From Corallococcus caeni (GTDB lineage: Bacteria > Myxococcota > Myxococcia > Myxococcales > Myxococcaceae): a stretch of 32,395 nucleotides of DNA. The DNA lies in the NCBI RefSeq assembly GCF_036245865.1, contig NZ_BTTW01000008.1, positions 1 to 32,395 on the forward strand. The letters run 5' to 3'. Within the stretch, counting starts at the first letter, position 1, and each line of letters starts with the position of its first letter. Below are positions 23,773 to 32,372 of this stretch, piece after piece. The position numbers and the translations under genes are program-made. A model generated the notes under the pieces. The model was not told where the DNA came from. It saw nothing but the letters and a program-made list of their open reading frames with translations, and did not search any database.

Positions 23773-23801
23773 TTGACGCTCCTGGACCCCCTCACTAGGG
23801 T
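23773..23801 (+). promoter_or_regulatory. Candidate sigma70-like promoter TTGACG-N17-TAGGGT upstream of glyQ
   Basis: TTGACG at 23773-23778 and TAGGGT at 23796-23801, about 50 nt before the glyQ ATG. The -10 is weak. Confidence 0.25.
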
Positions 23802-23852
23802 CCGCCGCGTTCCGCCTCCGCCTTCGACGCACTGCGAGAAGGACTCGCCATC

Positions 23853-24845
23853 ATGTATTTCCAGGACCTCATCCTCACGCTCCAGAAGCACTGGGCCGAC
23901 CAGGGATGCATCGTCACCCAGTCGTACGACACGGAAGTCGGCGCGGGCACGATGGCCCCCTACACGTTCCTGCACGCGCTCGGTCCCGAGCCCTGGAACG
24001 TCGCCTACGTGCAGCCCTCGCGACGCCCCGCCGACGGCCGCTTCGGTGAGAACCCGAACCGGCTGTTCCAGCACCACCAGTTCCAGGTCATCCTCAAGCC
24101 CGCGCCCAAGAACGTCCAGGAGCTGTACCTGGAGTCGCTGCGGAAGGTTGGCCTGGATCCGCTGGAGCACGACATCCGCTTCGTGGAGGACGACTGGGAG
24201 TCGCCCACGCTGGGGGCCTGGGGCCTGGGCTGGGAGGTGTGGTGCGATGGCGAGGAGGTGACGCAGTTCACCTACTTCCAGCAGTGCGGCGGCTTCGACT
24301 GCCGCCCCGTGGCCGCGGAGCTGACGTACGGCCTGGAGCGCCTGGCCAGGTACCTCCAGAACGTGGAGAGCGTCTTCGACATCGAGTGGGTCAAGGGCGT
24401 GAAGTACCGCGAGGTCTTCCACGCGAACGAGGTGGAGATGAGCAAGTACGCCCTCCACGAGTCCGACCCGCAGATGCTCTTCACGCTGTTCGACGCGTAC
24501 GAGAAGGAGTGCAAGCGGCTCATCGAGCGCCACCTGCCGCTGCCCGCGTACGACTACGCGCTGAAGTGCTCGCACACGTTCAACCTGCTGGACGCGCGCG
24601 GCGCCATCTCCGTCACCGAGCGCGCCAACTTCATCAAGCGCGTGCGTGACAACGCGCGCCTGTGCGCGGAGGGATACCTCCAGATGCGCGAGCGGCTGGG
24701 CTACCCGCTGACGAAGACGCCGTGGACGGTGGGCGAGCAGCCGGCGGTGCTGGAGGGCAAGCCCGCCAGCGACTACTGGAAGACGGTGCAGCTCAACAAG
24801 CCGGTGGAGAAGAAGGAGAAGGCGGAGGTGTCCCGTGGCGCGTGA
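23853..24845 (+). CDS. glyQ: Glycine--tRNA ligase alpha subunit
   Basis: [83 protein letters not shown] is essentially invariant GlyQ. Confidence 0.95.
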   Translation: MYFQDLILTLQKHWADQGCIVTQSYDTEVGAGTMAPYTFLHALGPEPWNVAYVQPSRRPADGRFGENPNRLFQHHQFQVILKPAPKNVQELYLESLRKVGLDPLEHDIRFVEDDWESPTLGAWGLGWEVWCDGEEVTQFTYFQQCGGFDCRPVAAELTYGLERLARYLQNVESVFDIEWVKGVKYREVFHANEVEMSKYALHESDPQMLFTLFDAYEKECKRLIERHLPLPAYDYALKCSHTFNLLDARGAISVTERANFIKRVRDNARLCAEGYLQMRERLGYPLTKTPWTVGEQPAVLEGKPASDYWKTVQLNKPVEKKEKAEVSRGA

Positions 24846-26946
24846 TCTGCTGCTGGAGGTCGGCGCCGAGGAGATCCCGGCGTCGTTCATCGTGCCCGCG
24901 CTGGAGGACCTGAAGCGCGTGCTCACCGAGCGCATGGCCGACGCCCGCCTGAAGCACGGCGAGGTGCGCACGTTCGGAACGCCGCGCCGGCTGGCCATCT
25001 GGGTCCGCGACGTGGCGGACGCGGGAGAGGACATCACGAAGGAGGTGCTGGGGCCCAGCGCCAAGGCCGCCTTCGACGCGCAGGGCAAGCCCACCAAGGC
25101 GGCGGAGAAGTTCGCCGAGGGGCTCAAGCTGACCGTGGACGCGCTCGGCCGCACGACGACGGCCAAGGGCGAGTACGTGTCGGCGCGCGTGGAGGAGAAG
25201 GGACGCCCGGCGGACGCCATCCTCCAGGATGCGCTGCACGCCGCGGTGCACGGCATCAACTTCAAGAAGTCCATGCGCTGGGGGGACGTGGACACGTCCT
25301 TCGCGCGCCCGGTGCAGTGGCTGGTGGCGCTGCTGGGTGACACGGAGCTGGCGGTGGTGCTCGGCGACGTGAAGAGCGGACGGACGACCTACGGCCACCG
25401 CTTCCTCGCGCCGGGGCCCATCCCGCTGAAGGCGCCCGCGGACTACGAGTCCACGCTGGAGAAGGCGCACGTGCTGGCGGACCTCGGCAAGCGCCGCGCG
25501 TCGCTCGTGGAGAAGCTGCACGCCGCGGCGAAGGGCGCCGGCGGGCAGCTCATGGAGGACGAGGGACTGGTGGACCAGGTGACGAACCTGGTGGAGCTGC
25601 CGAACCCCGTGGTGGGCAGCTTCGACCCGCGCCACCTGGACCTGCCGCCGGAGGTGCTGGTGCAGGAGATGAAGAGCCACCAGCGCTACTTCTCGCTGCT
25701 GGACGCGCAGGGGAAGCTGCTGCCGCGCTTCATCGCCGTGTCCAACACGCCGGTGCGCGACGCGCAGCTGTCCCTGCGTGGGTACGAGCGCGTGCTGCGC
25801 GCGCGGCTCGCGGACGGGCGCTTCTTCTTCGACGAGGACCGCCGCACGCCGCTGGCCGACCGCGTGGAGAAGCTGGGCCGCGTGGTGTGGCAGGGCCAGC
25901 TGGGCACGTACCTGGAGAAGGTGGAGCGCTTCCGTGCGCTGGCGGGCTTCCTGGCCCAGGCCACGGGCAGGGCAGGGGAGGCGGCCACGGTGGAGCGCGC
26001 CGCCACGCTGTCCAAGGCGGACCTCGTCACCGGCATGGTGGGCGAGTTCCCGGAGCTCCAGGGCGTGATGGGCCGCGAGTACGCGAAGGCGGGCGGCGAG
26101 CCCGACGCGGTGGCGCTGGCCATCTTCGAGCACTACCTGCCCCGCGGCGCCGAGGACGCGCTGCCGTCGCAGGACGCGGGCGCGCTCATCGGCCTGGCGG
26201 ACCGGCTGGACTCGCTGTGCGGCATCTTCGCCATTGGCAAGGCGCCGTCGGGCGCGGCGGATCCGTTCGCGCTGCGCCGCGCGTGCCTGTCCATCATCCG
26301 CATCGTGCTGGGGCGCGGCTACCGCTTCAGCCTTTCGGCCGCGGTAGACGAGGCGCTGCGCCTCCTGGCCCCGAAGCTGGCGAACGTGAAGCGCAAGCCG
26401 GGCGAGGCGGCCCCGCGTGAGCAGGTGCTGGAGTTCTTCCGCGGCCGCCTCAAGGCGCTGTGGGGCGAGCAGCACCGCACGGACGTCGTGGAGGCCGTGC
26501 TGGCCGTGGGCTTCGACGACCTCGTCGCGGCGAAGAAGCGCCTGGAGGCCCTGAGCCTGCTCGTGGGCCACTCGGACTTCCAGCCGCTGGCGGCGGCGTT
26601 CAAGCGCGTGGTCAACATCGTGGAGAAGCAGGGCAAGGACGTGGCGGGCGGGCAGACCAACCCGCAGCGCTTCACGGACGAGCCGGAGAAGAACCTCCAC
26701 ACCGCCTTCACCCAGGCCCGCGACAAGGTGGGCGAGCGCGTGCGCGCGGACGACTTCGCCGGGGCGCTCAAGGAGATCACCGGCCTGAAGCCCGCCGTGG
26801 ACACCTTCTTCGACAAGGTGATGGTGATGGCCGAGGACAAGGACCTGCGGGAGAACCGCATCCGGTTCCTCACGGAGATTGGCGCCCTGTTCAACCAGGT
26901 GGCGGACTTTTCCAAGATCCAGGCCGAAACCGCTGCGGCGGCCTGA
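24835..26946 (+). CDS. glyS: Glycine--tRNA ligase beta subunit
   Basis: GTG start overlaps the glyQ 3' end by 11 nt. (M)[29 protein letters not shown]... is the GlyS N-terminus. 703 aa. Confidence 0.95.
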   Translation: MARDLLLEVGAEEIPASFIVPALEDLKRVLTERMADARLKHGEVRTFGTPRRLAIWVRDVADAGEDITKEVLGPSAKAAFDAQGKPTKAAEKFAEGLKLTVDALGRTTTAKGEYVSARVEEKGRPADAILQDALHAAVHGINFKKSMRWGDVDTSFARPVQWLVALLGDTELAVVLGDVKSGRTTYGHRFLAPGPIPLKAPADYESTLEKAHVLADLGKRRASLVEKLHAAAKGAGGQLMEDEGLVDQVTNLVELPNPVVGSFDPRHLDLPPEVLVQEMKSHQRYFSLLDAQGKLLPRFIAVSNTPVRDAQLSLRGYERVLRARLADGRFFFDEDRRTPLADRVEKLGRVVWQGQLGTYLEKVERFRALAGFLAQATGRAGEAATVERAATLSKADLVTGMVGEFPELQGVMGREYAKAGGEPDAVALAIFEHYLPRGAEDALPSQDAGALIGLADRLDSLCGIFAIGKAPSGAADPFALRRACLSIIRIVLGRGYRFSLSAAVDEALRLLAPKLANVKRKPGEAAPREQVLEFFRGRLKALWGEQHRTDVVEAVLAVGFDDLVAAKKRLEALSLLVGHSDFQPLAAAFKRVVNIVEKQGKDVAGGQTNPQRFTDEPEKNLHTAFTQARDKVGERVRADDFAGALKEITGLKPAVDTFFDKVMVMAEDKDLRENRIRFLTEIGALFNQVADFSKIQAETAAAA

Positions 26947-27115
26947 GGCCCGGTCGCCCGTTCACCGCTGGCGCGTGCCCGCTTTCCCGCCAGGGGAGCG
27001 GCGCACGCCGTCCGTGCGGGGGGGAGGGATGTCGGGAGGAGGGCGGCCGGGAATAGTGACAGCCCTATTCAGTTGCCCGGCGCAGGGCGTCGTTCCTACA
27101 CTCCGCCCCCCTCTG

Positions 27116-28645
27116 ATGCGCCTCCATTTCCTGACCCCCGCGCTGCTGCTCCTCGGAGCGTGTTCGCTCGAATCCGATCCGAACCCGCCTCCATCCACCC
27201 GCTTCGTGTACCCCAGCGGGGTGGCGTTCTGGCGCCCTCCGACGGCGGGAGGGCCCTCGGCGAGCAACGGCTATCTCTTCGTCGCGAACGCCAACTTCGA
27301 CAACTGCTACGACTCCGGTTCGGTCGTGGCACTGAACCTGGACGCACTGAGCACGCAGGTGGACGGGCAGCCGGTGACGGTGCCCCACCTGGGCAGTGTG
27401 CTCCCGGAGTCCGCGCTCGCCTTCGAGGACCTGGCGTCCGCGGACGAGTCGCTCGTGCAGATCCGCAGCTTCGCGGGTGAGCTGGGCCTGTGGGTGAACC
27501 CGGCCAGCGGGCTGCCGCGCCTGTTCGTGCCGTCGCGCGCGGAGGGCAACGACCTGCACGCGGTGGACGTGAGCCTGGATGGCAACGGCGCGCCGGTGCT
27601 CAACTGCGTGCAGGGCGGCGTGGACTGCCGCGACGGCGCGCTGTCGCTCACCGACGACATCCCGGCGTCCTTGAGCGAGGCGGGCCGGCCGGGCCTGCCC
27701 CGTGCCCCGTCGCCCATCGGCGTGACGGTGGATGCGGCGAGCGGCACGCTGTACGTGACGCACTCCGAGGCGGCGGACTCGCCCGCGAAGTCCAGCACCA
27801 ACTTCGAGAACTACCTGGCCACGGTGAAGCTGGACAACCCCACGCGCGACACGCTGGGCTTCATCCCGCTGTCGCCCGACGGCTACCTCTACGGCGGCTC
27901 GGACTCCGTGACGGTGGGCGCAGGCTACCTCTACGTGACGGGCCGCAACTTCGTGGCCGGCATCAACGGCACGGTGGCCGCCAACTTCGTGCTGCGGCTG
28001 GTGGACAAGAACGAGCCCGGCATCATCCTGGAGCCCGCACTGCAGTCGGTCTTCAGCATCCGCGAGGCGCGCGCGGCGCGCGTGGTGCCCCGGCCGGTGA
28101 CGGCGGCGGAGCGGGCGGCGCGTCCGAACTTCGTGCGCGAGCGGCTCTACATGCTGGCGCGCGGCCCGGACACGCTGCTCACCCTCGACTTCGAATACGA
28201 CGCGGTGCCGGGCACCGCCGCCACCCAGCCCTTCTTCCGCGTGGTCTCCGCGGTGCCCCTGCCGGACGGCGTGAGCGACATGCAGCTCATCGAGCGGACG
28301 CCGGGCACGTCCAACGCGGACACCAACATCCTCGCGGTGACGAGCACGGGCGACAGCGCGGTGTCCCTCTACGACGAGGCGCTCGGGCAGGTCGTGGCGC
28401 AGGTGCCGCTCGTCAACAACCTCAACCAGACCAGCAACCCGTCGCAGGCCTTCGGGCTCGCGGTGGACAACCCGGCCGGGACGAACGCGGCGCGGCTGTT
28501 CGTGACCAACTTCGGTGACGGACAGGTGTCCATCGTGGACATCCCCGACCTCGCGCGCCCCCAGGACGCGAGGCTGGTGGCGAGGCTGGGCACGCAGCAA
28601 CAGCGCGATCCGAACCAGGGCACCAGCGTGTGCCAGGAGAACTGA
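27116..28645 (+). CDS. YVTN-family beta-propeller lipoprotein
   Basis: MRLHFLTPALLLLGA|CSLES carries a lipobox. Repeated YVTN-type beta-propeller blades: YLFVANANFDN...GSVVALNL, RLFVPSRAEGNDLHAVDVS, TLYVTHSEA, YLYVTGRNF, ARLFVTNFGDGQVSIVDI. The track start at 26879 is rejected. Confidence 0.75.
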   Translation: MRLHFLTPALLLLGACSLESDPNPPPSTRFVYPSGVAFWRPPTAGGPSASNGYLFVANANFDNCYDSGSVVALNLDALSTQVDGQPVTVPHLGSVLPESALAFEDLASADESLVQIRSFAGELGLWVNPASGLPRLFVPSRAEGNDLHAVDVSLDGNGAPVLNCVQGGVDCRDGALSLTDDIPASLSEAGRPGLPRAPSPIGVTVDAASGTLYVTHSEAADSPAKSSTNFENYLATVKLDNPTRDTLGFIPLSPDGYLYGGSDSVTVGAGYLYVTGRNFVAGINGTVAANFVLRLVDKNEPGIILEPALQSVFSIREARAARVVPRPVTAAERAARPNFVRERLYMLARGPDTLLTLDFEYDAVPGTAATQPFFRVVSAVPLPDGVSDMQLIERTPGTSNADTNILAVTSTGDSAVSLYDEALGQVVAQVPLVNNLNQTSNPSQAFGLAVDNPAGTNAARLFVTNFGDGQVSIVDIPDLARPQDARLVARLGTQQQRDPNQGTSVCQEN

Positions 28646-28647
28646 CC

Positions 28648-30801
28648 TTGAAGCGCGGCTTTCTTGCGGCCCTGTTGCTGAGCGGCGCGAGCCTCGCGCT
28701 CGCCTGCTCCGACACCACCTCCACCGCGGGCGCCGCCGGCCTGTCCGGCACGTACGACGTGGTGCTCTCCAACCAGCTCGTCTTCGTCACCTCCCAGGAC
28801 CGGGATGAGCTGCGCGTGCTGGACCTGACGCGCTCGCCGCGTGAGTTCCTCCCCGCGCCCAACCCGCTGGAGCCCCTGTCCATCCCCGTCATCGCGCGGC
28901 CCGACTCGCTCACCCGCGACGTGGGCTACGACGCCACCGGCAACGACGTGTCCGGGCCGTACATCTACGCGCGCAGCTCCGGTGGCCGCGGCATCTCCGT
29001 GGTGGCCGCGGACCGCGCGCGCCTCAACGAGGTGACGCGCCTGGCGACCGGCCAGCTCATCACCGCCTTCGCCGCGCATGCCCCGGTGGCGGACGGCGCG
29101 CCGAGCGTCCTGTACTACGCGCTCCAGACGCGCCCGGCGGCCGCCGAGCAGCTCTGCGGCCCCTTCGGCGGCGGCGTGGTGATGCGCCAGGACCTGCCCG
29201 GCCCGGAGGGCTTCGACGCGGCCGCGCTGCCGCCCGCGCTGCCCGTGTTCTGCCTCAAGCCGGCGGACACCGTGCTGTCCATGATCACGCTGCCCGCGCG
29301 GGCCAACGTGACGGACTCGCTGGTGCTCGCCATCCGCAACGTGTCCGGCACCAGCCGGCTGGTGCGCGCCGCCGCGGACGGGGCCTCCGTGGAGATTCCG
29401 TACAAGCGGCCGCGTCCGGTCCCCTACGCGGTGCCCACGTACACGGACCTCATCGACATCCCGGCGCGGCTCGTGGCCACGCACGCCAGCTTCAAGGTGT
29501 CGGACACGGTGACCGTGCCCGCGGGCCGCTTCGTGTACGTGGTGCTGGATGAGCTGACGTGCAACTCGTCGGACTGCGAGGGCGTCATCGCGCTCGACAA
29601 CGGGCCGGATCCCCTGGCGCCCTCCACGGCGCCGGCGCTCGCCCGGGACATCACCGGCGCGCCCATGCTGACCCTGAAGCCGTCCGCGGGCCTGCCCACG
29701 GGCCTCACGCTGCGCACGGGCCTGGAGGTCCGCGAGCTGCTGTCGGACGGCGTGGCCTACACCACCCCCGTGCCGCTGCTGGGCATCGTGCCGTCCTCCA
29801 GCGGGGAGATCACCCTGTTCCGCGCGGACGAGCGGCGCGCGTTCAACCTGGACCGCGACCCCAAGACGGGCCCGCTGAAGGCGTCCGTGTCCGCGGAGCT
29901 TCGCGACAGCAACGAGGCCGTGCGCGCGGATCAGTTCCAGGCCATCACCGTGTCGGAACCGGGCTGCCCCCAGGTGCAGGACGCGACCAACGCCACCGCG
30001 TTCCTCTGCAGCGGGACGGTGCCCAACGGCACCTACCGCTTCGTCTTCCAGGGCGCGCTGCCTGGCCTGACCAGCCTCACGCGCGACCTGACCGTGGAGG
30101 ATGCTCCGATCCTCATCGAGACCACCCTGGCGACGTCGCGAGGCGTGGTGCCCGGGGACTCCATCGTGCTGGCGAACAACGCGGGCGCCTGCGCGACGGC
30201 CATCCCCATCCTCCGCCTGGAGGACCAGGGCAACGGCCTCACGCGGCTCTACCCGGACCTGTCCGACCCGGCCATCGCCACCGCGGTGGAGCCCTGCGCC
30301 TCGTACCCGCTCTTCTCCGTGCGGGCCGGTCCGAACGTGAAGCCCTACCTGCTCTATGCCGGCGCGGAGAGCAGCGGTTCTTTCATCCAGCGGCTGGATG
30401 TGAACGAGCCGTACACCGTCTCCAGCTTCCTGGACTACTACGCCCACCCGGACGACTTCGACCTGGGGTTGGACCCGCCCAAGTCACCCACCACCTACGT
30501 GCCCGCGCCGCTGACGCTCACCATGACCGCGACCATCGGTGCGCAGAGCCGACTGGTGGCCGGTGACCGCTACGTGGTGACGCTGCTGCCGCGCTTCCGC
30601 CGCTTCGTCTTCGGGGTGGACACCGGCTCGTCGAGCAACCTGGCGGTCTACACCCTGCCTGCTTCCGTGGTGGCCACGGACGTGGAGGGCTCCAGCCTGG
30701 CCTTCATCGCCTACCCCTCCGCGGACGGCATCCTCCAGGTGGCCCTGGAGTCCATCAGCGACAACGCGAAGAACCTCCAGTATCTCCGGGCCTTCCAGTA
30801 A
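28648..30801 (+). CDS. Large lipoprotein of unknown function (717 aa), coupled to the upstream beta-propeller lipoprotein
   Basis: TTG start 8 nt after AGGAGA and 2 nt after the upstream stop gives MKRGFLAALLLSGASLALA|CSDTT, a textbook lipoprotein signal. The in-frame GTG at 28630 is the alternative. One N-terminal YVTN-like blade (QLVFVTSQDRDELRVLDL). The rest is unassigned. Multiple Cys pairs. Confidence 0.7.
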   Translation: MKRGFLAALLLSGASLALACSDTTSTAGAAGLSGTYDVVLSNQLVFVTSQDRDELRVLDLTRSPREFLPAPNPLEPLSIPVIARPDSLTRDVGYDATGNDVSGPYIYARSSGGRGISVVAADRARLNEVTRLATGQLITAFAAHAPVADGAPSVLYYALQTRPAAAEQLCGPFGGGVVMRQDLPGPEGFDAAALPPALPVFCLKPADTVLSMITLPARANVTDSLVLAIRNVSGTSRLVRAAADGASVEIPYKRPRPVPYAVPTYTDLIDIPARLVATHASFKVSDTVTVPAGRFVYVVLDELTCNSSDCEGVIALDNGPDPLAPSTAPALARDITGAPMLTLKPSAGLPTGLTLRTGLEVRELLSDGVAYTTPVPLLGIVPSSSGEITLFRADERRAFNLDRDPKTGPLKASVSAELRDSNEAVRADQFQAITVSEPGCPQVQDATNATAFLCSGTVPNGTYRFVFQGALPGLTSLTRDLTVEDAPILIETTLATSRGVVPGDSIVLANNAGACATAIPILRLEDQGNGLTRLYPDLSDPAIATAVEPCASYPLFSVRAGPNVKPYLLYAGAESSGSFIQRLDVNEPYTVSSFLDYYAHPDDFDLGLDPPKSPTTYVPAPLTLTMTATIGAQSRLVAGDRYVVTLLPRFRRFVFGVDTGSSSNLAVYTLPASVVATDVEGSSLAFIAYPSADGILQVALESISDNAKNLQYLRAFQ

Positions 30802-30864
30802 CTGGGCGCGCCCGGCCGGCTCTGCTATCGTCCTCTACGTCCAGCATTTCCCGAGCCAAGACCG

Positions 30865-31722
30865 ATGATCGATCAGAACTCCCGTCCCGCACGCAAGGTC
30901 GGCATCGCCGAGCACCTGTGGGAGACGTACGAAGAGATGGCCCAGCAGATGGGGTCGGATCGCGACGCGCTCATCAACCAGGCGCTGTTCATGTTCGCGC
31001 GTCTCAACGGCTTCATCGACGTGAAGACGAAGGGAGAGCCCGCGGTGGCGGCGGTGCCGTCACCGGCGCCTTCCGCGCGCGCGGCCTCCGCGCCCCCCCC
31101 GGCCGCCGCGGCCAAGGGCGCGCCGCCGGTGCTGGCGCCCGCGCCGGCGTCGTCGCGCCCCGCCGCGCGCAACGGGGCGGAGGAGCGTCCTTCCTCCAAC
31201 GGACTGGACAATGATCCGGTGCGCCGCGAGGTCGCCGAGCGCGTCCTGGAGACGGCCGCGGAGCTGGAGCGGCTCATCAAGGGCAAGAACGAGCCGCCCC
31301 CGCCCTCCGCGGACGACATGATCGAGGACGAGGAGGAGCCCCTGCCGGAGCAGGAGGAGCCGCCGCTCGACGACATGCAGGACGAGCCTCCGGAAGAGGC
31401 CGAAGAAGAAGAGGCCATGGAGGAGCCGGACGAGGAGGAGGGCGCCGCGCTCTACCTCGTCACGGAGTCCGGCGAGCAGGAGAAGATCGTCAAGGACCGC
31501 TACGTCATCGGCCGCGGCAAGCACTGCGACTTCGTCATCAACTCCGGCAAGGTGTCGCGCGAGCACGCCGTCATCGCCCGCGACGGCGGCGACTTCTACA
31601 TCGAGGACCTCGGCTCCTCGAACGGGACCTGGTTCAACAAGCAGCGCATCAAGCGCCGCAAGGTTGAGGACGGGGACGAGTACTTCATCTGCAGCGAGAA
31701 GATCCGCCTCGTCATCCATTGA
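30865..31722 (+). CDS. Ribbon-helix-helix + FHA-domain protein with a poly-acidic linker
   Basis: N-terminus RKVGIAEHLWETYEEMAQQMGSDRDALINQALFMFARL has the RHH (CopG/Arc) pattern. Ala/Pro-rich spacer. Acidic run is DDMIEDEEEPLPEQEEPPLDDMQDEPPEEAEEEEAMEEPDEEEG. C-terminal FHA is YVIGRGKHCDFVINSGKVSREHAVIARDGGDFYIEDLGSSNGTWFNKQRI. Confidence 0.8.
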   Translation: MIDQNSRPARKVGIAEHLWETYEEMAQQMGSDRDALINQALFMFARLNGFIDVKTKGEPAVAAVPSPAPSARAASAPPPAAAAKGAPPVLAPAPASSRPAARNGAEERPSSNGLDNDPVRREVAERVLETAAELERLIKGKNEPPPPSADDMIEDEEEPLPEQEEPPLDDMQDEPPEEAEEEEAMEEPDEEEGAALYLVTESGEQEKIVKDRYVIGRGKHCDFVINSGKVSREHAVIARDGGDFYIEDLGSSNGTWFNKQRIKRRKVEDGDEYFICSEKIRLVIH

Positions 31723-31808
31723 GGAACGGGATGACGCAGGGCCCCACGGTGCGATGGTCTTGTTCAGGAATTGACGGGCTCCAGGCCTCCATTGTTTGAT
31801 GGGGGTCG

Positions 31809-31829
31809 CCTGCTCCCCATGGGAGCAGG
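31809..31829 (+). promoter_or_regulatory. Perfect 9-bp palindrome CCTGCTCCC-cat-GGGAGCAGG covering the SD of the prepilin-peptidase gene
   Basis: Exact reverse-complement arms read from the sequence. GGGAG inside the 3' arm is the only SD-like element before the ATG at 31836. A candidate TTGACG-N18-TTTGAT promoter lies at 31771-31800. Confidence 0.4.
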
Positions 31830-31835
31830 TGCCGA

Positions 31836-32372
31836 ATGACACCTGTTCAGCTCGCGCTGTGGACGATTCTGGGAGTGGCCCTGGTGATTGCGGTGGTGAC
31901 CGACGTGCTGCGCCGGCTCATCCCGAACGCCGTGACCTATCCGCTCATCGTGCTGGGGCTCGGGGTGCGCGCGGTGTCCGAGGGGTGGGGCGGGCTGGAG
32001 TCGGGGCTGGTGAGCGGGCTTCTGGCGGGCGCGGGACTCGCGCTGCTGCTGGTGCCGGGTGCGCTGCGCGGGCGCATGGGGTGGGGTGACGTCAAGCTGA
32101 TGGCGGGCGTGGGCTGCGTGCTGGGCTTTCCCACGGTGCTCGCGGCGGCGGCCTTCATCTCGCTGGTGGGCGCGCTGCAGGCAGTCGTCACACTGCTGTG
32201 GCAGGGGGCTGTCTGGGACACGCTGGCGGCGGTGGCCCGTCGCTGGGCGGTGCGGATGAAATTCATGCGCGAGGCAACCTCGCCCGCTCCCGTGCGACAC
32301 ATCCCCTACGGCGTCTCCATCGCGCTCGGGACTTTCTGGGCCATGTGGTGGCAGCAACAACATCTGGGATAG
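31836..32372 (+). CDS. cpaA: A24-family prepilin peptidase, CpaA/TadV-like (Flp/Tad-type pilus)
   Basis: 178 aa polytopic membrane protein. The two catalytic Asp contexts are VIAVVTDVLRRLIPN and RMGWGDVKLMAGVG. The short size fits TadV/CpaA rather than PilD. Confidence 0.75.
   Translation: MTPVQLALWTILGVALVIAVVTDVLRRLIPNAVTYPLIVLGLGVRAVSEGWGGLESGLVSGLLAGAGLALLLVPGALRGRMGWGDVKLMAGVGCVLGFPTVLAAAAFISLVGALQAVVTLLWQGAVWDTLAAVARRWAVRMKFMREATSPAPVRHIPYGVSIALGTFWAMWWQQQHLG

Noticed and set aside
20682-23832. Minus-strand ORFs of 398 aa (20682..21878) and 798 aa (21436..23832) antisense to NTase2 and the Ser/Thr kinase. Also + ORF 21879..23798 (639 aa) in another frame of the kinase gene.
   Set aside because: Hanks kinase motifs are only in the 21478 frame. 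The others are Arg/Gly/Pro-rich artefacts of GC bias.
23751-26700. Minus-strand ORFs of 530 aa (23751..25343) and 635 aa (24793..26700) antisense to glyQ and glyS.
   Set aside because: glyQ and glyS on the + strand are near-invariant housekeeping genes. The antisense frames are artefacts.
27065-30447. Minus-strand ORFs of 511 aa (27065..28600) and 692 aa (28369..30447) antisense to the lipoprotein pair. Also alternate + frame ORFs 27490..28518 and 29559..30566.
   Set aside because: The chosen + frames have canonical lipoprotein signal peptides, YVTN repeat blades and high GC3 with preferred codons (CTG, GAC, TTC, AAC). The alternates are Arg/Gly/Ala-rich.
31060-32363. Minus-strand ORFs antisense to the FHA protein (31060..31842) and cpaA (31764..32363).
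   Set aside because: The FHA and A24 peptidase motifs are on the + strand. The antisense translations are low complexity.
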